This document shows, in pieces, positions 1 to 12,916 of a stretch of 64,000 nucleotides of DNA. Source of the DNA: Thalia democratica (Eukaryota). Under the pieces are notes generated by a model. It had not been told where the DNA came from. It was given only the letters and a program-made list of their open reading frames with translations, and searched no databases. Position 1 is the stretch's first letter; every line of letters begins with the position of its first letter. A program made the translations under genes and the position numbers. The stretch lies in assembly GCA_965202585.1 (NCBI GenBank), contig OZ241831.1:41168001-41232000 (forward strand), written 5' to 3'.

Positions 1-115
1 TTTAACGATATGACCAAAAACTTTTTAGGTTAAAAGGAGTTTACGCAAAGAAATTTTAAAATTACCAGAGAATTCCACGATATTTTATGTTATAGTATCA
101 TTTATGACGTCATAC

Positions 116-323
116 CTGTGTATATGATTTGTGACAAACTTCACAGGTGAACGGTTTCACGCTGCTGTGAATGTGCTGATGTTGTTTCAAACCGCTCGAA
201 GTTGCAAATGTCTTTCCACACTCCGGACACGCGTGAGATCTCGCTCCGATGTGACGCTCCCGGATGTGTTTCTGAAGAGATGACGAATCGGTGAATGTCG
301 AATCACAATGCTCGCATTTGAAC
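116..323 (-). CDS. Copy A exon 4 (208 nt): zinc fingers equivalent to EVI1 ZF4, ZF5 and first half of ZF6
   Basis: Acceptor tttcag, donor CAG|gtatga, open frame; [19 protein letters not shown] signature of the EVI1 family. Confidence 0.95.
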
Positions 324-1181
324 CTGAAATATAAAATTTGGTTTACATGAATTTTAAAGCTTAATTTTCTAACAAAAAAAATAACAGTTGTTTAACATTA
401 TTCTGTATTTTTATTAACTTTCTCTGTATCATAACTAGTTTTTTTTTACCAATTTTAAAAGAAGTCAATGTTTATACTAAAGCTCATGTTAATTTCTTAT
501 TTTTGAAGTTTGTTATGTTACAAGATGTAAATTTATTTTAAATATGTGTAAAAAATATGTTTTTTACAACAAACAAAATTGTGATTTTTAAACTTTCAGT
601 ACTTGGAATTTTCAAATTTATTAAATACATGAAACCAAAACTTTACACAAATATATTTCTTTATACAATAATCCTAAAAGTGTAATTAAATTTACGTGTA
701 TGTATTGTTTTCACATACTTGTTTGTTTAAACTGAGCTTTTAACTTATAGCTAAACTGTTAAATAAACACACGTTTTAAAATGGCTGCTATCGATTAGTG
801 AGAATATAGTATTATCCAAAACTAGAATTAAAATGATTATTATTAAGATCAAACTTACTTGTTGATATTCGATTGAGGATTTTGCACTGCATTTTTTAAT
901 TGAAATGGTTGTTGAAGTAAAAACATTTCATTTTCTAAGAAAGATTTGTAAACTTTACTAAATTTAGTGGTTTACAAAACAAAAAGTAGGATTTTTTAAC
1001 AATAACTAAGAAAAATTTCATAAAACGTGTTCAAAATTACTTAAAAAAAATGTTTATGCTTGTTAAAAACACTGTCAGATGTTTTTACAAAATTTTTGCA
1101 GAACTATTTTTAACTATTTTAGTTCTATTTGTTTGCCTTTATAAACTGACACTTAACTTCATTACTCACTTAGGTTTACAT
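116..1181 (-). CDS. MECOM-like: Copy A (partial; 3' part lies before base 1) of EVI1/MECOM-PRDM16-like C2H2 zinc-finger gene: exons 1170-1181, 859-934, 116-323
   Basis: Three exons with AG/GT boundaries in consistent phase translate to ..[98 protein letters not shown]. Functional status unknown. Confidence 0.8.
859..934 (-). CDS. Copy A exon 3 (76 nt)
   Basis: ttcttag|...|gtaagt; one codon shorter than the 79-nt exon in B/C/D with the same phases; open frame; contains an in-frame ATG at 924-926. Confidence 0.8.
1170..1181 (-). CDS. Copy A exon 2: 12-nt microexon ATGTAAACCTAA
   Basis: ttacaag|12 nt|gtgagt; same length, phase and flanking intron conservation as B, C and D. Confidence 0.7.
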
Positions 1182-1403
1182 CTTGTAATTTAAAAACTAC
1201 CTAATATCATGACAAAATAAAAAGCCTATTGAAAACCAACTGCGTAATATAAACTGTAACTAGTATAATAAATCAGTCAAAAAATTTGCACTCAAATCAA
1301 AATTGCTTATCAAAAACAACAAATTGTTGAATTTAAACTCAAAATTCTCCGAAAAATTAAATAAATAAAGTATATTTTAGCTGGTTGTACTTTGTAATCA
1401 TAA

Positions 1404-1513
1404 CTATCTTGTAACAAAACTTCGCTTTATTTTTGTTTGTTTTAAAAAAAAAAAAATTATTGTTGCAATAAAGTGTTGTTGTTGTTATGAATTTTATTAC
1501 ACTAAGCTTTCAT
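1404..1513 (-). pseudogene. Decayed remnant of copy A first coding exon
   Basis: Aligns loosely to copy C exon 1 (AAAATG start, AACACTTTAT, ACAAACAAA, ends CAAG), but reads ATG AAA GCT TAG, contains a poly-T insertion, and the donor reads AT instead of GT. Confidence 0.5.
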
Positions 1514-3054
1514 TTTACCGTTTTTGTCACTAAAAGTTTTTTGTCAGTTTTAATTTTGTTTAAAAGTTCGTAGTTTTTTATCAACTCGTAACCTAGAAAT
1601 TGTAATGTGATTATAAAAAACACGGTTTAGAAATAAGTTTTTTTTTTCTACATATATAAACATATCGACCTTAGTTTGTATTATTATTAACAATAAAATG
1701 AGTAGACTATTATTAGTATGTCGGTTGTGATGTAATACTTTTTCTTTTTAATTTGAAAAAAATTAAGCTAGGTAGGTAAGTCTAAAATAAGTAAGTAATA
1801 TAGCAGTAACAGCTCTAGCATACGAATAAATCAAATTTTTAAACAAAATAAAACTTGTTTTAATCAAACAAACATAATTTAATAAAATTGAAATATGTTG
1901 TTAGCAATCGTTACATATTAGTTGATACTTATAAATACTCAACCATTAAGTCAATGACAACTAAATGTACATATAAACTATTAAGTAATTGACTAATTAA
2001 CAAACTTGTTGTAACTTTAACAAATAATTCTAACTGAAACACGATATTTCTTTTTGAGTGTTAAATAACAAAAATGAAATGATTAGGAAAATTGAAATAG
2101 AATACTGAAACTAAAATCCTTCATTAATTAAGTTTAATTTATCAAAGCTTAAACAGCTTTATGGCAGGTAACACCGCATTTGACTGTAAGTACAGAAAAA
2201 CCGTGCTATAATAAGTTTTCTCTCAAAGCTCGACCTTTTTTCTCTTGTCTTTTTTTACCTTTTTTCGAAATGTATACAAATAAAAAAAAGAGGTTTAGTT
2301 CTAAAATTTTTAAAATATAATATTAGACACTTTTTTCATAACCTGTTACACAGTTCTAAACATTTATTTAAATATAATAAAAGCTCAAGATAATAAAAAA
2401 GGAAAAAAAAACTTAGAGCTTAAAAAATTAAAAAACTTACTAAAACAAAAATTGTTAAAAAGCAAAACATATATACACAATAAAACAAAACAAGTTACTA
2501 TGTTTTAATTAAACTTTTAAATTATGATTATATTATTTTTTAAACTACCAGAAAAATTTTTAAAGAAATTTGTTTAAACTGAAGACAATATAAACTTCTG
2601 AATTTATTAAAAATATATAATTAAAAATTTTACACTACTTAAATAGCTTTATCCTAAACCATTTTCTTTAAATTCACATTACAATAATTTAAAAAAGTAC
2701 CAGTTTTGCGTTAATCACGATTTTTGAGCTCTGTAAAGTACAAAACATAAAGATTTAGGTTTTTTAGAAAAAAATAAACATTAAGTTCTAGCTACATAAA
2801 ATTTGAGGTTTTATTCATATTAGGGTCCAATACTTATGTTTTTATAATATTACTAAACACAACAGTTTACATATGATCTAAAAAGTGACTTCAAAAGTTC
2901 ATATGTGGCTAAAAAAAACCTTTTTTGTAAATCTATAGTTGTATTATTACCAAATGATAAAGTGGTTACATTAGAAGTGATATCGAATGTACAAAATTAG
3001 CTTAGAAACACTTTTTAGTAAATATCCATCATTTAGTTTAACAGGAAAAAAACT

Positions 3055-3455
3055 AATGTTTGTCAAATGGGCGGTCTCTCTTTTTAAAGTTTTAATAGTC
3101 TAAATAAGCGTAAGTAGCAACAATAAGAATTTATTTGCTAAATAAGTTCAGACTTTCGTGCTACTTCTGTCATTCAGTAGTTTAAAAAAATGCACTACTA
3201 ACTTATATTTAAATAATAAATATAACATATTTAAACAACTGTATTTTTTTAGATTCGTTTCGTTAAAGGCGTAGTATACTTTAAAGGTGAAAAAATGTTT
3301 AAAGTCAACAATATATTTTTTAAATGTTTTATTTACTTAAGAAAACTCAGTATACTGGTCTCGTTTGTCATTTCTGATAACATGTTGCTTTTCAAGTGAG
3401 ATTTTCATTTCATTTCAAGAACACTTATCCGACTGAAGATGTGATTTTAGCAACG
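3055..3455. repeat. Upstream non-coding block shared by copies A and C (homologue at about 38950-39315)
   Basis: Shared GGTCTC..TCTAAATAAGC and TGAAGATGTGATTTTAGCA segments; not seen upstream of B. Confidence 0.6.
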
Positions 3456-6400
3456 AAAAAAACGTGATTTTTATTTTGCGTTTGTTTTGCTTGTATGACA
3501 TTGAACATTTCGTCGGCAGGTATCGAAAAGTAGTTTGCAATAAAAATATCTGTTTAAATTAAACTCTTTTTTTTTATGTAGAAAAGTAATGACTAGTTTT
3601 TCTTTTCTTAAATAAAGGTTTATAATTCAAACTTAAGCTTAGGCTTTAAATGTAAAATCTTGTGAGCAACAAAAATAAAAAAAATAGCGTTTAAAACAAA
3701 ACTCGGTTTATCACACTTTCTTAAAATTAAATTTTAAAAAACTTAATTTATAAATTTCTGCTCAAATAATTGCAAACAAATGCTTGCGAAAAGTTTTAAG
3801 GTAGTAATTCTTGAAGTTAATTATAAGCTTCAAAGTCGACAAGTGAAAAAGCAATGCAGATACAAAACAGAAGCTTATTTACTTGTTGACGTATACTCAT
3901 ACTTGTTTTACTGGAATAATTTTTAGCTTTTTATTTTAGAAACTGATGCTAAGTTTTAAGAAAGTAGTACGTTTCAAGGTTTACATAATAAAATATGTGT
4001 TCCTTTTTTATTTAAACTAGCTCTAAGAAGGGAAATTTCTATAGTAGGAATTTTCTTTATACACCAGAGCGTTACGTTATTTAATGCATATTTTTTAAAC
4101 TGTTCATTAAAAGGTAATTAAATGATACGCTTACTCTAAACTTTTATACATATATAAAAGATTTTTTATTCTTTACTGATATAAAAAAGTTTTACAAAAT
4201 GAACTACAAAAACTCACGACTAACAACTGATAATAAACTGTAAATTCGAATAGATAAAATGACAAAACAAATTGTGGGTTTAGTTGACGAATAAGCTTTA
4301 TTAATCGCTTGCTGCTAACTTAAGGGTGGTCTTTTCACTCAACAACTATAAATCAGTTGAAATGTAAGAAATTTTTTGCGTTTTATGGTTTTTTAATTGT
4401 TTTACGAGGTTTTGTTTATTAAATCTTTATTAAAAGCTTTATTTTCTATAATTTGTATCATAACTCTATTAAGAATAAAAAACTATAAAAAATCAATAAA
4501 CTATGATACCGAAAACGATTAAGTCTTTAAAATATTTAAAATAAAACAATGATAACATTGTTTCGTGCTTCGTTTTAAAATTAACTAAACAACATTTGAA
4601 AAGTTGTTAATAAAATAAGTGAATTGTTTTATTTATAACTTTTCAAACGTTGTTTAGTTAATTTTAAAAGTTGTTTGAAGTTTAGTTTAAATATTTAAAC
4701 TCTTTACAGATAAAACATTATTATTTTTTGTTTAATATTCAAACTAAAACACAGTTTATTTAAGCAAACTCGCATATCAAATTTTATCAGTTTCTAAACA
4801 ACACCAAGTGTATTTTCACTTCAATATTCTATTTGTGTTTTATTTTATACTTCACGCTTACTTCAAAATAAAATTAAGCAACTGAATTTTATTTTTAGAC
4901 TTGGTTATTTTTTTGATATACATCTAAACAATTTGAATACATAACTTTTTTTTCTTGCTTTTTGATAATTAAAAAATAAATAAACTTTTATTCATAAAGT
5001 TATTTTAACATAAAGTATAAATTCTTATATAAAAAAATTACATTTTACTATAAAAATTTAGATGATTTTTATATCGACACTTAGTTAGAAGCATTCATAC
5101 CAGATTTATCTCAACTAATTCAAAATGAAACAACAAACATGTTTTACTTTATCTAGATAGAGTTTTTGTTGTTAAGTTTGTGATACATCTACTTTATATA
5201 CGCTAAAGTTAGAAAAATTATGATAATAGTACTTTAAGTATATTCTAAAATGTTAAATTACATCTAAGTTAATTTATATTAGTTTGTTTAAGCTAGCACA
5301 TTTAATAAAATAAACAGTTAAAAAATTTCGATACACTAATTTTTTTTTAAACTGAATTATCAAAATCAACAGTTTGCTACAAAAACAAATAAATGAATCT
5401 TACGCGGTTCATGAAGGGTTATTTAAGTTTATTAACATAATAAATTTCTAAGTTTTGACGACTTTGGCCTATTTATTTTAGTTATAATTTGTATGCAAAC
5501 TGTTTGAAATAAAAATAAAGTTTATAAAAGCTTAGAGCAATTTTTTTTCTTTATCATCTTTTAAGTCTACAACATACTGTAGTAAAATGTACATTTAAGC
5601 TTTGAACACAGCTTTAAAACCTAAAGTTTAAAACCTTTATTTTAAATATTAAATTGGTTGATTTCGGACGTTAAAAATATTCTAAGATTCTATAAATTCT
5701 AAAAAGATTTTTTTGCTTAAAAAGTTATATTATCCATTTTTGTTTGTAAATTAACATTAGATGTGTATAAATTATAGGATTATTAGCCTAAATCTACGTC
5801 ATAAGCTAACATAAAAGCATAATTAAAAAAAACTACATTGTATGAACAATCTATGCTTAATTTAACTTTATCTAACTATATTTGTATGAATTTATTAAAG
5901 AATAAGCTGTAGATGAAAAACTTAACAAATAAAATACTTACAACCATTTGGATGTGAAGTTAAAAGTACAATAAGATGAACATAAAAAAATAAGTGGTTT
6001 AAGTAAAATATTTTAAACTAAACATTTAAGAGCGATGATTTACTCAACAAAACCATCGTGAACAGGTTTTGATAATCTTTTTGTTTGAATACTTGGTGTC
6101 TATTTTGCATTAAACCAGTAAATATTTTTTGATTTCATATAAAGTATGTCTGTATTATAAGTAAAACAACAATATTTTTTTTTGTATACCACGAAAATCT
6201 AAAAAAACAGTTTTTATTTCGTGTTCACAATATTTGTTTAACAATGTACAAAGCATTTCATTATTTAACAAAAATTATTCTTGCTAGTTTTTATTACTTC
6301 AATCAAATGATTGATTAAAGTTTTGCTAATATATCTGAAACTTTTTGATAAAAACTTAAGAAACTTTTAACTGACAGTTTCGTGCCGTATAACAAAACAG

Positions 6401-8641
6401 CGTTTATTTGTTGTTATCACAAATAGTACATTGCTTCTACTACTCTTGATCATAACAAAAATGTTCGCAATTTAGTATAATTGTTAAGATATCAAATTGC
6501 TAGTTTACTTTTACAACAAAGCTATGTTTACAAAAATTTAAAAACATTAACAAGTTTATAGCTATTTTAGTACTGTTTTAGTTAATAAACGTAAATTCAA
6601 AAAAAAAAATTAATTTGAGTTATAAATACTAATTTGGTTTGTAAAAAGAGCATAATATTTTGTATTTGTAAAATTCGAAAGCAGGAAAAAATAGTTTCAA
6701 ATTAAGTTTCCGACACGAATAAAGTTTAAAGTTGTTATCTTATATGACAACACAGTAACAAACATTTTTTTTAAATTATTCTTTGAATATCTTTTGAACA
6801 TAGTTACAAAATACCTATTCTACAATTTTTTTCAATTCAACACAAACATAAATGATTGATAAAAAATATTGTTATTGTTATAAATTTGTTATTGTGCTAT
6901 TTGTAATTTAATTTTTTAATTTATTTATTTACAAGGCAACAATGTTTCTCCCCTAAGGGATCTTCAGGCCTTATTCAAATAGAATGTAATTATTTTGAAA
7001 TTATTATTTGTAATTTAGGAAAAAAATTGTCAGAACAAGTAATTAAAACAATTATAATTAAAAATGTATATTAATTGAACAAACAAATAAGAAGCTAAAG
7101 TAACTAAACTGATAAAAAATCTGATTGTGTGAATATATGCTTAGAAAAATTTGAAACTATTCAATGACCAGATTTGTTCATCCCCTTTCTCAAGTGTTTC
7201 CAACTGAAATAACAAAAGTAGAAATCGTCAAGATTGTGATACATCTTCTATACATGCTTGAGTTTTATTGTTGTTTTTTGTGTAATTGAAAGTTAGTCTT
7301 TATTGTGTTTAAGCAGATTATTAAATACTCAAACCTCGTGTTTCAATTTGAAAAATTTAACAAAATTAATCGAAGTTTTAGTTACAAAGTCTTAGAAAAT
7401 ATTAACCTTTAAATTCTTTATTATTCTAAAACTCGAATAATCGTTTTCTAGTTAGTTTCAAAGTAACTTGCAAAAAATTTAATACAAACGGAGCATTCAA
7501 CTTAAATTAAGTACTATAGAGATTAATTATTTGTTACTACAAATACATGTTAAAGCCAATCAGTTTATTTAAACAACTTAAATTGACCTTTTTAATATTA
7601 CTTTTTTAATGAATATTAATGTTTAAAGTTTTATCATGTCTTTTTATTAATTAATTTATTTATTTTATCTTAAATAACTTGCTATTACGTCGAAAACATT
7701 TTACTTTATTTTATAAAAGAAGTAAAGAATTAATCTACTTTAACTGACTTTTATTATTATTTATGTTCAGTTTTATTTTTAGTAGACTTTTATATTTTAT
7801 CTATGTATTAAAAAAGCTTATTTTTCTAATTAAGACTTAAAGAACTTTTCTTACTTATAATTTAAATATTTAAAAAGTGTTTTACGGTTCATTGTAACTG
7901 AAAATTTCAAACTTTTACGTTTTGCTTTAATGTAAAAAATATCAAAGTTTATTATTTTTTTTATGGAATTTTCAGTTTCATTACGTACAATATTCAAACA
8001 AGAAAAGTTTACGAGTAAAGGTTTGTTAGTGTTAAATAAGTTATTGAATTTTATAACAAACTTATAATTATAATATTAAGTAGATTTCCTGTTTAAAAAA
8101 AGTTGTTTTATAAATTAATATCTAAATCAAAATAAAAAAAAACTGTAGTATCTAAACTTTTAATTATGTAGTTGCCCAATTTACTCTTTTTAACTAACAA
8201 TCTTTTTATAAATTTCTGCGACTTCAAACCTTTTTATGTACATTAAACATTATACGTTTGATTTTTTTAATAAAGCTATAGTTTTAAAACAAATATTTAG
8301 ACATAACTTACTCAAACTTTCTTGTACCCCTAAAGGGCATAGATTTCTTTGATATTAATAAAATACTTGAGTAAACTATACCCATTGCAATTTAGTAAAT
8401 TTAAACATTTTTAGTTGACATAATAAATTAACCTCATTAATTACATAACATTATGGAAATTTATTAAATTCATATGTATAAGATAAGTAGTTTAAATGAA
8501 ACTAGTTTACTAACTTATATTTCAAAATCTTAATAAATCATTTTCTGTTCACATAATTATTTATAACAAACATAAGTAGTCTTTTTCTAAAGATCTATTG
8601 TAAAATAAAGTCAACATATTATCAATTAAATCATGTAATGA

Positions 8642-8790
8642 TTACACCCAATAATCAAATAATGCTTTATTTGCTTCCTAAGTTGCTTTGTCAACGTAAT
8701 GGAATTGTCCTTTGTTAAACTTTAAAACTTTCTTTTTAAACATCACTACTGGTGAAAAGCATCATCTTTTTTAGTTAGCACTAAGCAAAC
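8642..8790. repeat. Conserved non-coding module (homologue at 26580-26730)
   Basis: ACACCCAATAATCAAATAATG ... ACTACTGGTGAAAA..ATCATCTTTTT. Confidence 0.65.
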
Positions 8791-9110
8791 ATTAAAATAA
8801 AGAATTGTTTATTGTTCGTTTAAAACTGCCATTATACTTTAAAAGGATAAAAAAAACTTCTTCTTTTTGTTAATTAAATTTTAGTAGGATTAATTATCAA
8901 GATTTTAAAGTTTTTTGTTTGTTTTACTTACTTATATAAAATGTACAAATTTAATGAGAAAACAAAACTAAAGAAAATAATTAAAATCAGTTTAAGTACA
9001 CTATAATATAAAATAACACACAAAAACAACACTTAAAAAAAAACATATAATACTGTTTTTTTTTAATTTTTTGCTTTCATTAACTAGTAACTTCATTTTA
9101 TTTTTCTTGC

Positions 9111-9316
9111 AAGTACTTGAAATAATGGTGAAAAACAACAATACTAAATCTTATGATTAAGAGCCTGTAATATTTAAGTTGGAAATCTTGAGGCAGATAT
9201 TAACATAAAAAGAATGATATTTTTCTATGACATCACATTGTCAGTTGTTATTACAAGTTACGGTGTTTAAAAATAATATTTTCGTATTTTGATTTTACAA
9301 GTGTTTTTTATTATGA
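9111..9316. repeat. Module M5 (TGACATCAC core), copy 1 of 5
   Basis: About 205 bp; also at 24396-24605, 27148-27358, 48412-48623 and 52969-53181. Confidence 0.8.
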
Positions 9317-9735
9317 TTATGTACTTTTTTTCTAAGCAGGGTTTAGACCTTTTAAGGATGCTTTTTTAATGATAGTGTGCATGTTTAACTTTTGTACACT
9401 TTCAAATAGTTTTGAATAAATGACATTGAATTAATTATATCTGTAATATATAAAGAAACACAGTTTTATTACTTATTAACTTGATAAGTAAGTTTTTACA
9501 AATACTTAATTGATAACTACGTGATGATAAACAACACTTCTAACTATTGAAAAAAACTCTAACTAGTAAAAATAGTATTATCAAAAAACAAATTAAGCTA
9601 GTATGTTAACATCATAAAACTATTTGGTTTAAGTTATAAGGTTTATTATAAATACTATAAGAAAATAAATTCGTTTACGTTTATTTTTACGTTTTACACT
9701 TAAAAGCAAAAGTTTACCGCAGTATCAACAAGTAT

Positions 9736-9806
9736 TATTAGGGAAGATCCATTTTAACGTCAAAGTAATAAAATTGTGTTTTGTCGCGTCAATACCACTT
9801 GACTTT
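9736..9806. repeat. Module M6 (ACGTCAAAG..TTTGTCGCGTCAA), one of 4 (others at 23621-23690, 27750-27820, 47201-47265)
   Basis: About 70 bp, recognisable by eye in four places. Confidence 0.7.
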
Positions 9807-10664
9807 GGTAGTAATATTAACAATTGAAAAGTTAAATAAGAGGTCAAACTTTATTTGCTATTAATGTTTGAATTTTGTAAAAGTTGGTTTACTTTTAAGT
9901 TAATACGTTTTAGCTCTGTTTAAATATTTATGTTAGTACAAAAAAATATAAATAAAAAATTTTTATTTTGAATAAATATACATTTAAAAACGTACTTAAA
10001 CTCCTAGAAATTGCTTTTAAAATACTTTCATTTTTATTAATCATAAACATTAAACGATAAAAATTTACTGGAATTATATATATTTATAAAAGCTAGTTTT
10101 ATAATTAAATTTTTTTCAATAATTATTTTAACATAAATTAAAAACTACAACTTTTTATTTAAAAACAAAGTTGTACTCTTATCTCCGTAAATTAATAACT
10201 CCAAATAGTTATGGGAAAGTTTAAAGAGTTTTATTAAACTTATACTATTAAATTAAACCAAGATATTTTTTATTCTTATTTCAAACACTTAAGTTGTATA
10301 GCAGCTAATAGTAAGCTGTCTATTCAAACGAGAAAAAATAAAGATTTTAGTGAGGATAAGCTTCAGATATTTTAGCTTCAGATAACACTGGTTTTAAAAA
10401 GAATATCTTTAAAGGTAAAATACAATAAAAATAGCTTGTCTCACATTCGTTAATTACTAAGACAATTTTTTTTTAAAACTTGAGAGTTTAAATTTAGTAG
10501 ATTTAAAGTTTATTTAACACTGACAGCATGATTACTTTATTTAAATTCAGTTGTATATCAAATAGATAAGTTTGTAATTAAAGTAGTTTAAGAAAGTTGT
10601 TATATAACTTAAAAAAATAACATTAATAATTTAACTAATAGTTGCTAAAAAAACAGTACCACTT

Positions 10665-11906
10665 ATCGATAATAACAGTAAAGCAATGAACCAAATATAA
10701 AACTAAACAACACGTAGAAAATATCGAAAAGGATTAAAACTCTAATTTTTTTTATTATTACTTTGTTAAAATCACGAACTTTAACCTATTATCATGTTGT
10801 TATTGCTAATCGAAGGTATTTACTGACAGAGATATGCACTCATACTATGTTGATTTTGACAGTTCAAAAGTACATGTTGTTTTTGTGGACTAAGTTTTAT
10901 AAATAGACTTCGAAACGAACTTTTATTGTCATAATGATTATAACAACTAAGGTAAAAAAACCTAGAGCATAAACTTTATGAGTTTAATTTTTTTTAAATC
11001 TATAGAATTAATTTCCATAGTCTACTTCTAAGTTAATATGTTATTAGACTGCAGTTTTTTAGCAAAATAAAACATTGCTTATACTAAACTGAAAACAAAT
11101 AAGTTTAATTTTCACTTAACGTCAATTGATCATGACAATCCAAGCAGATTGTAGTATTAACGCATATTGAAATTCGCCTTGTAAATTTTCTTGCTTTTTT
11201 CAGTTTGGTTAAAGATGCCCTCTTCACTTATGAGGTGGTTAATAAAAGCAGTCAGTGTGAATTAGTAGAATTTCTCACGAAATAATGTTATTTATTGATT
11301 ACAATAATAAAGCAATAAACCGAATATAAAGTAAAAAAATAAATAACACGTAGAAAAGTATCAAAAGGGGTAGACACTATAATTTTTCCTATATTTATTT
11401 GTTAAAATCACAAACTTTAAGCTAGTTTCATGTTGTTATTGCTAAATAGAGGAACTTATTACCAAAGATAGACTCTCATACTATGTTGATTTTGACAGTT
11501 CAAAAGTGTATTTTGTTTTTTTAGAAACAGCCTGTTCAAAACGAACTCTTATTGTCATGATGATTATAAAAACTAAATTAAAATCCTTGAGTAAATACTT
11601 TATGAGTTAAACTTTCTTTAAATCTACAGTAATAATTTCCATAGTCTATTTCTAAGTTAATATTTTATTAGTTTGCAGTTTTTTGGCAAAAATACATTGC
11701 TTATATTGAACTGAACAAATAAGTTAAATCTGCACTTTACGCCAATTGAACGTGTTAACTCACAGAAGTTGTAGTTTTTACGCAAAGTTAAAATTCACCT
11801 TGTAAGTTTTCTTGCTTTTTTAAGCTTAATCAAAGATGCCCTCTTAACTTGTTGGGTGGTTAATAAATAATCAGTGTAAATTAGTAAAAATTCTAACGAA
11901 ATAATA
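10665..11906. repeat. Local tandem duplication of ~630 bp (10665-11290 / 11295-11906) carrying modules M8+M9 twice
   Basis: Both units have CATACTATGTTGATTTTGACAGTTCAAAAGT and AAAGATGCCCTCTT in the same order. Confidence 0.85.
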
Positions 11907-12223
11907 CTACTTGCTTTTATTTCTTGATGTATGAACAAAATGTTTTAGTAAACAATTTGTGTAATAGTTATTAATAGAGTAAAAAACAAAAATGAGAAAT
12001 AAGTGTCGATTTTTCCTTATACATTACATCAAAAAAATTCTTTATGTTTAGAGATAATATTTTGTGAATTTTAGTCGGAAAACAGATTTATAATATACAT
12101 TCAAAAATATGTTTATTCATAAAATTTTAAAAAAGGTATTGATAAAAAAATATTTATTGAACTTATCTTTTCCGTGTAATTGTAAGTTTTAAGTGTAAAA
12201 TTGGAAGTTAATAAACAAAGCTT

Positions 12224-12470
12224 TACCATAGTCATTATTACAAATGTTGATATTAGTTAAAGATCAATCAATTTTAAATATAAAAGAATATAATTCTTGA
12301 TGCTTGTCTACTTTAACTAGCAAACGGCAGTAACTTTTGTTCAAAGAATTGTAAACAAAAAACTATCCTTGAACTAATACAAGACTTCTTTTAAATAAAT
12401 GATCAATCAAAAATAACATCCATTCAATTGTAAAGATAGAACCGTTTGTTTTCCAAGGTCAATCATAAGT
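12224..12470. repeat. Module M10, copy 1 of 4; candidate enhancer
   Basis: Also at 29879-30108, 53612-53808 and 56246-56489; two ATCAATCA motifs and TGTAAACA in every copy. Confidence 0.85.
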
Positions 12471-12916
12471 TAACTTCAAATTTTATAAAAAGCTAGAAAA
12501 ATAGAAAAGTTTAACTTCATGAACATAAGGAAACATTAATTTAATATTCTAGTAAAAAATGGATATAGAAAATTAAAAAAAAGTTTATTTAAGTTTTTAA
12601 CGATTTTTTTAATAAGTACTTGAAGTTAGTAATTAACTTCAAAGTATTCTAAACGAGTAGTGTCAAACCAGTTTAAAAGTAAATATTTTAAACAAGTATT
12701 TTTTATATTAAACATCCTCGTTTAGGTGTTTTTAAACAATAAAAACCAAAATAATCCAACCAAAATGGTCAGTAATAAAATATTCATCATTTATTTAAGT
12801 CTAGTCAAAGAGTATACTTTGAAAACTATAAGAACCAAGGAAATCGAAAGTTTATAAGCTCCCAACATTTATTTTATTAAAAGAAGCCAGTCTACTGTAG
12901 CTTTAAGGTCAATAAA

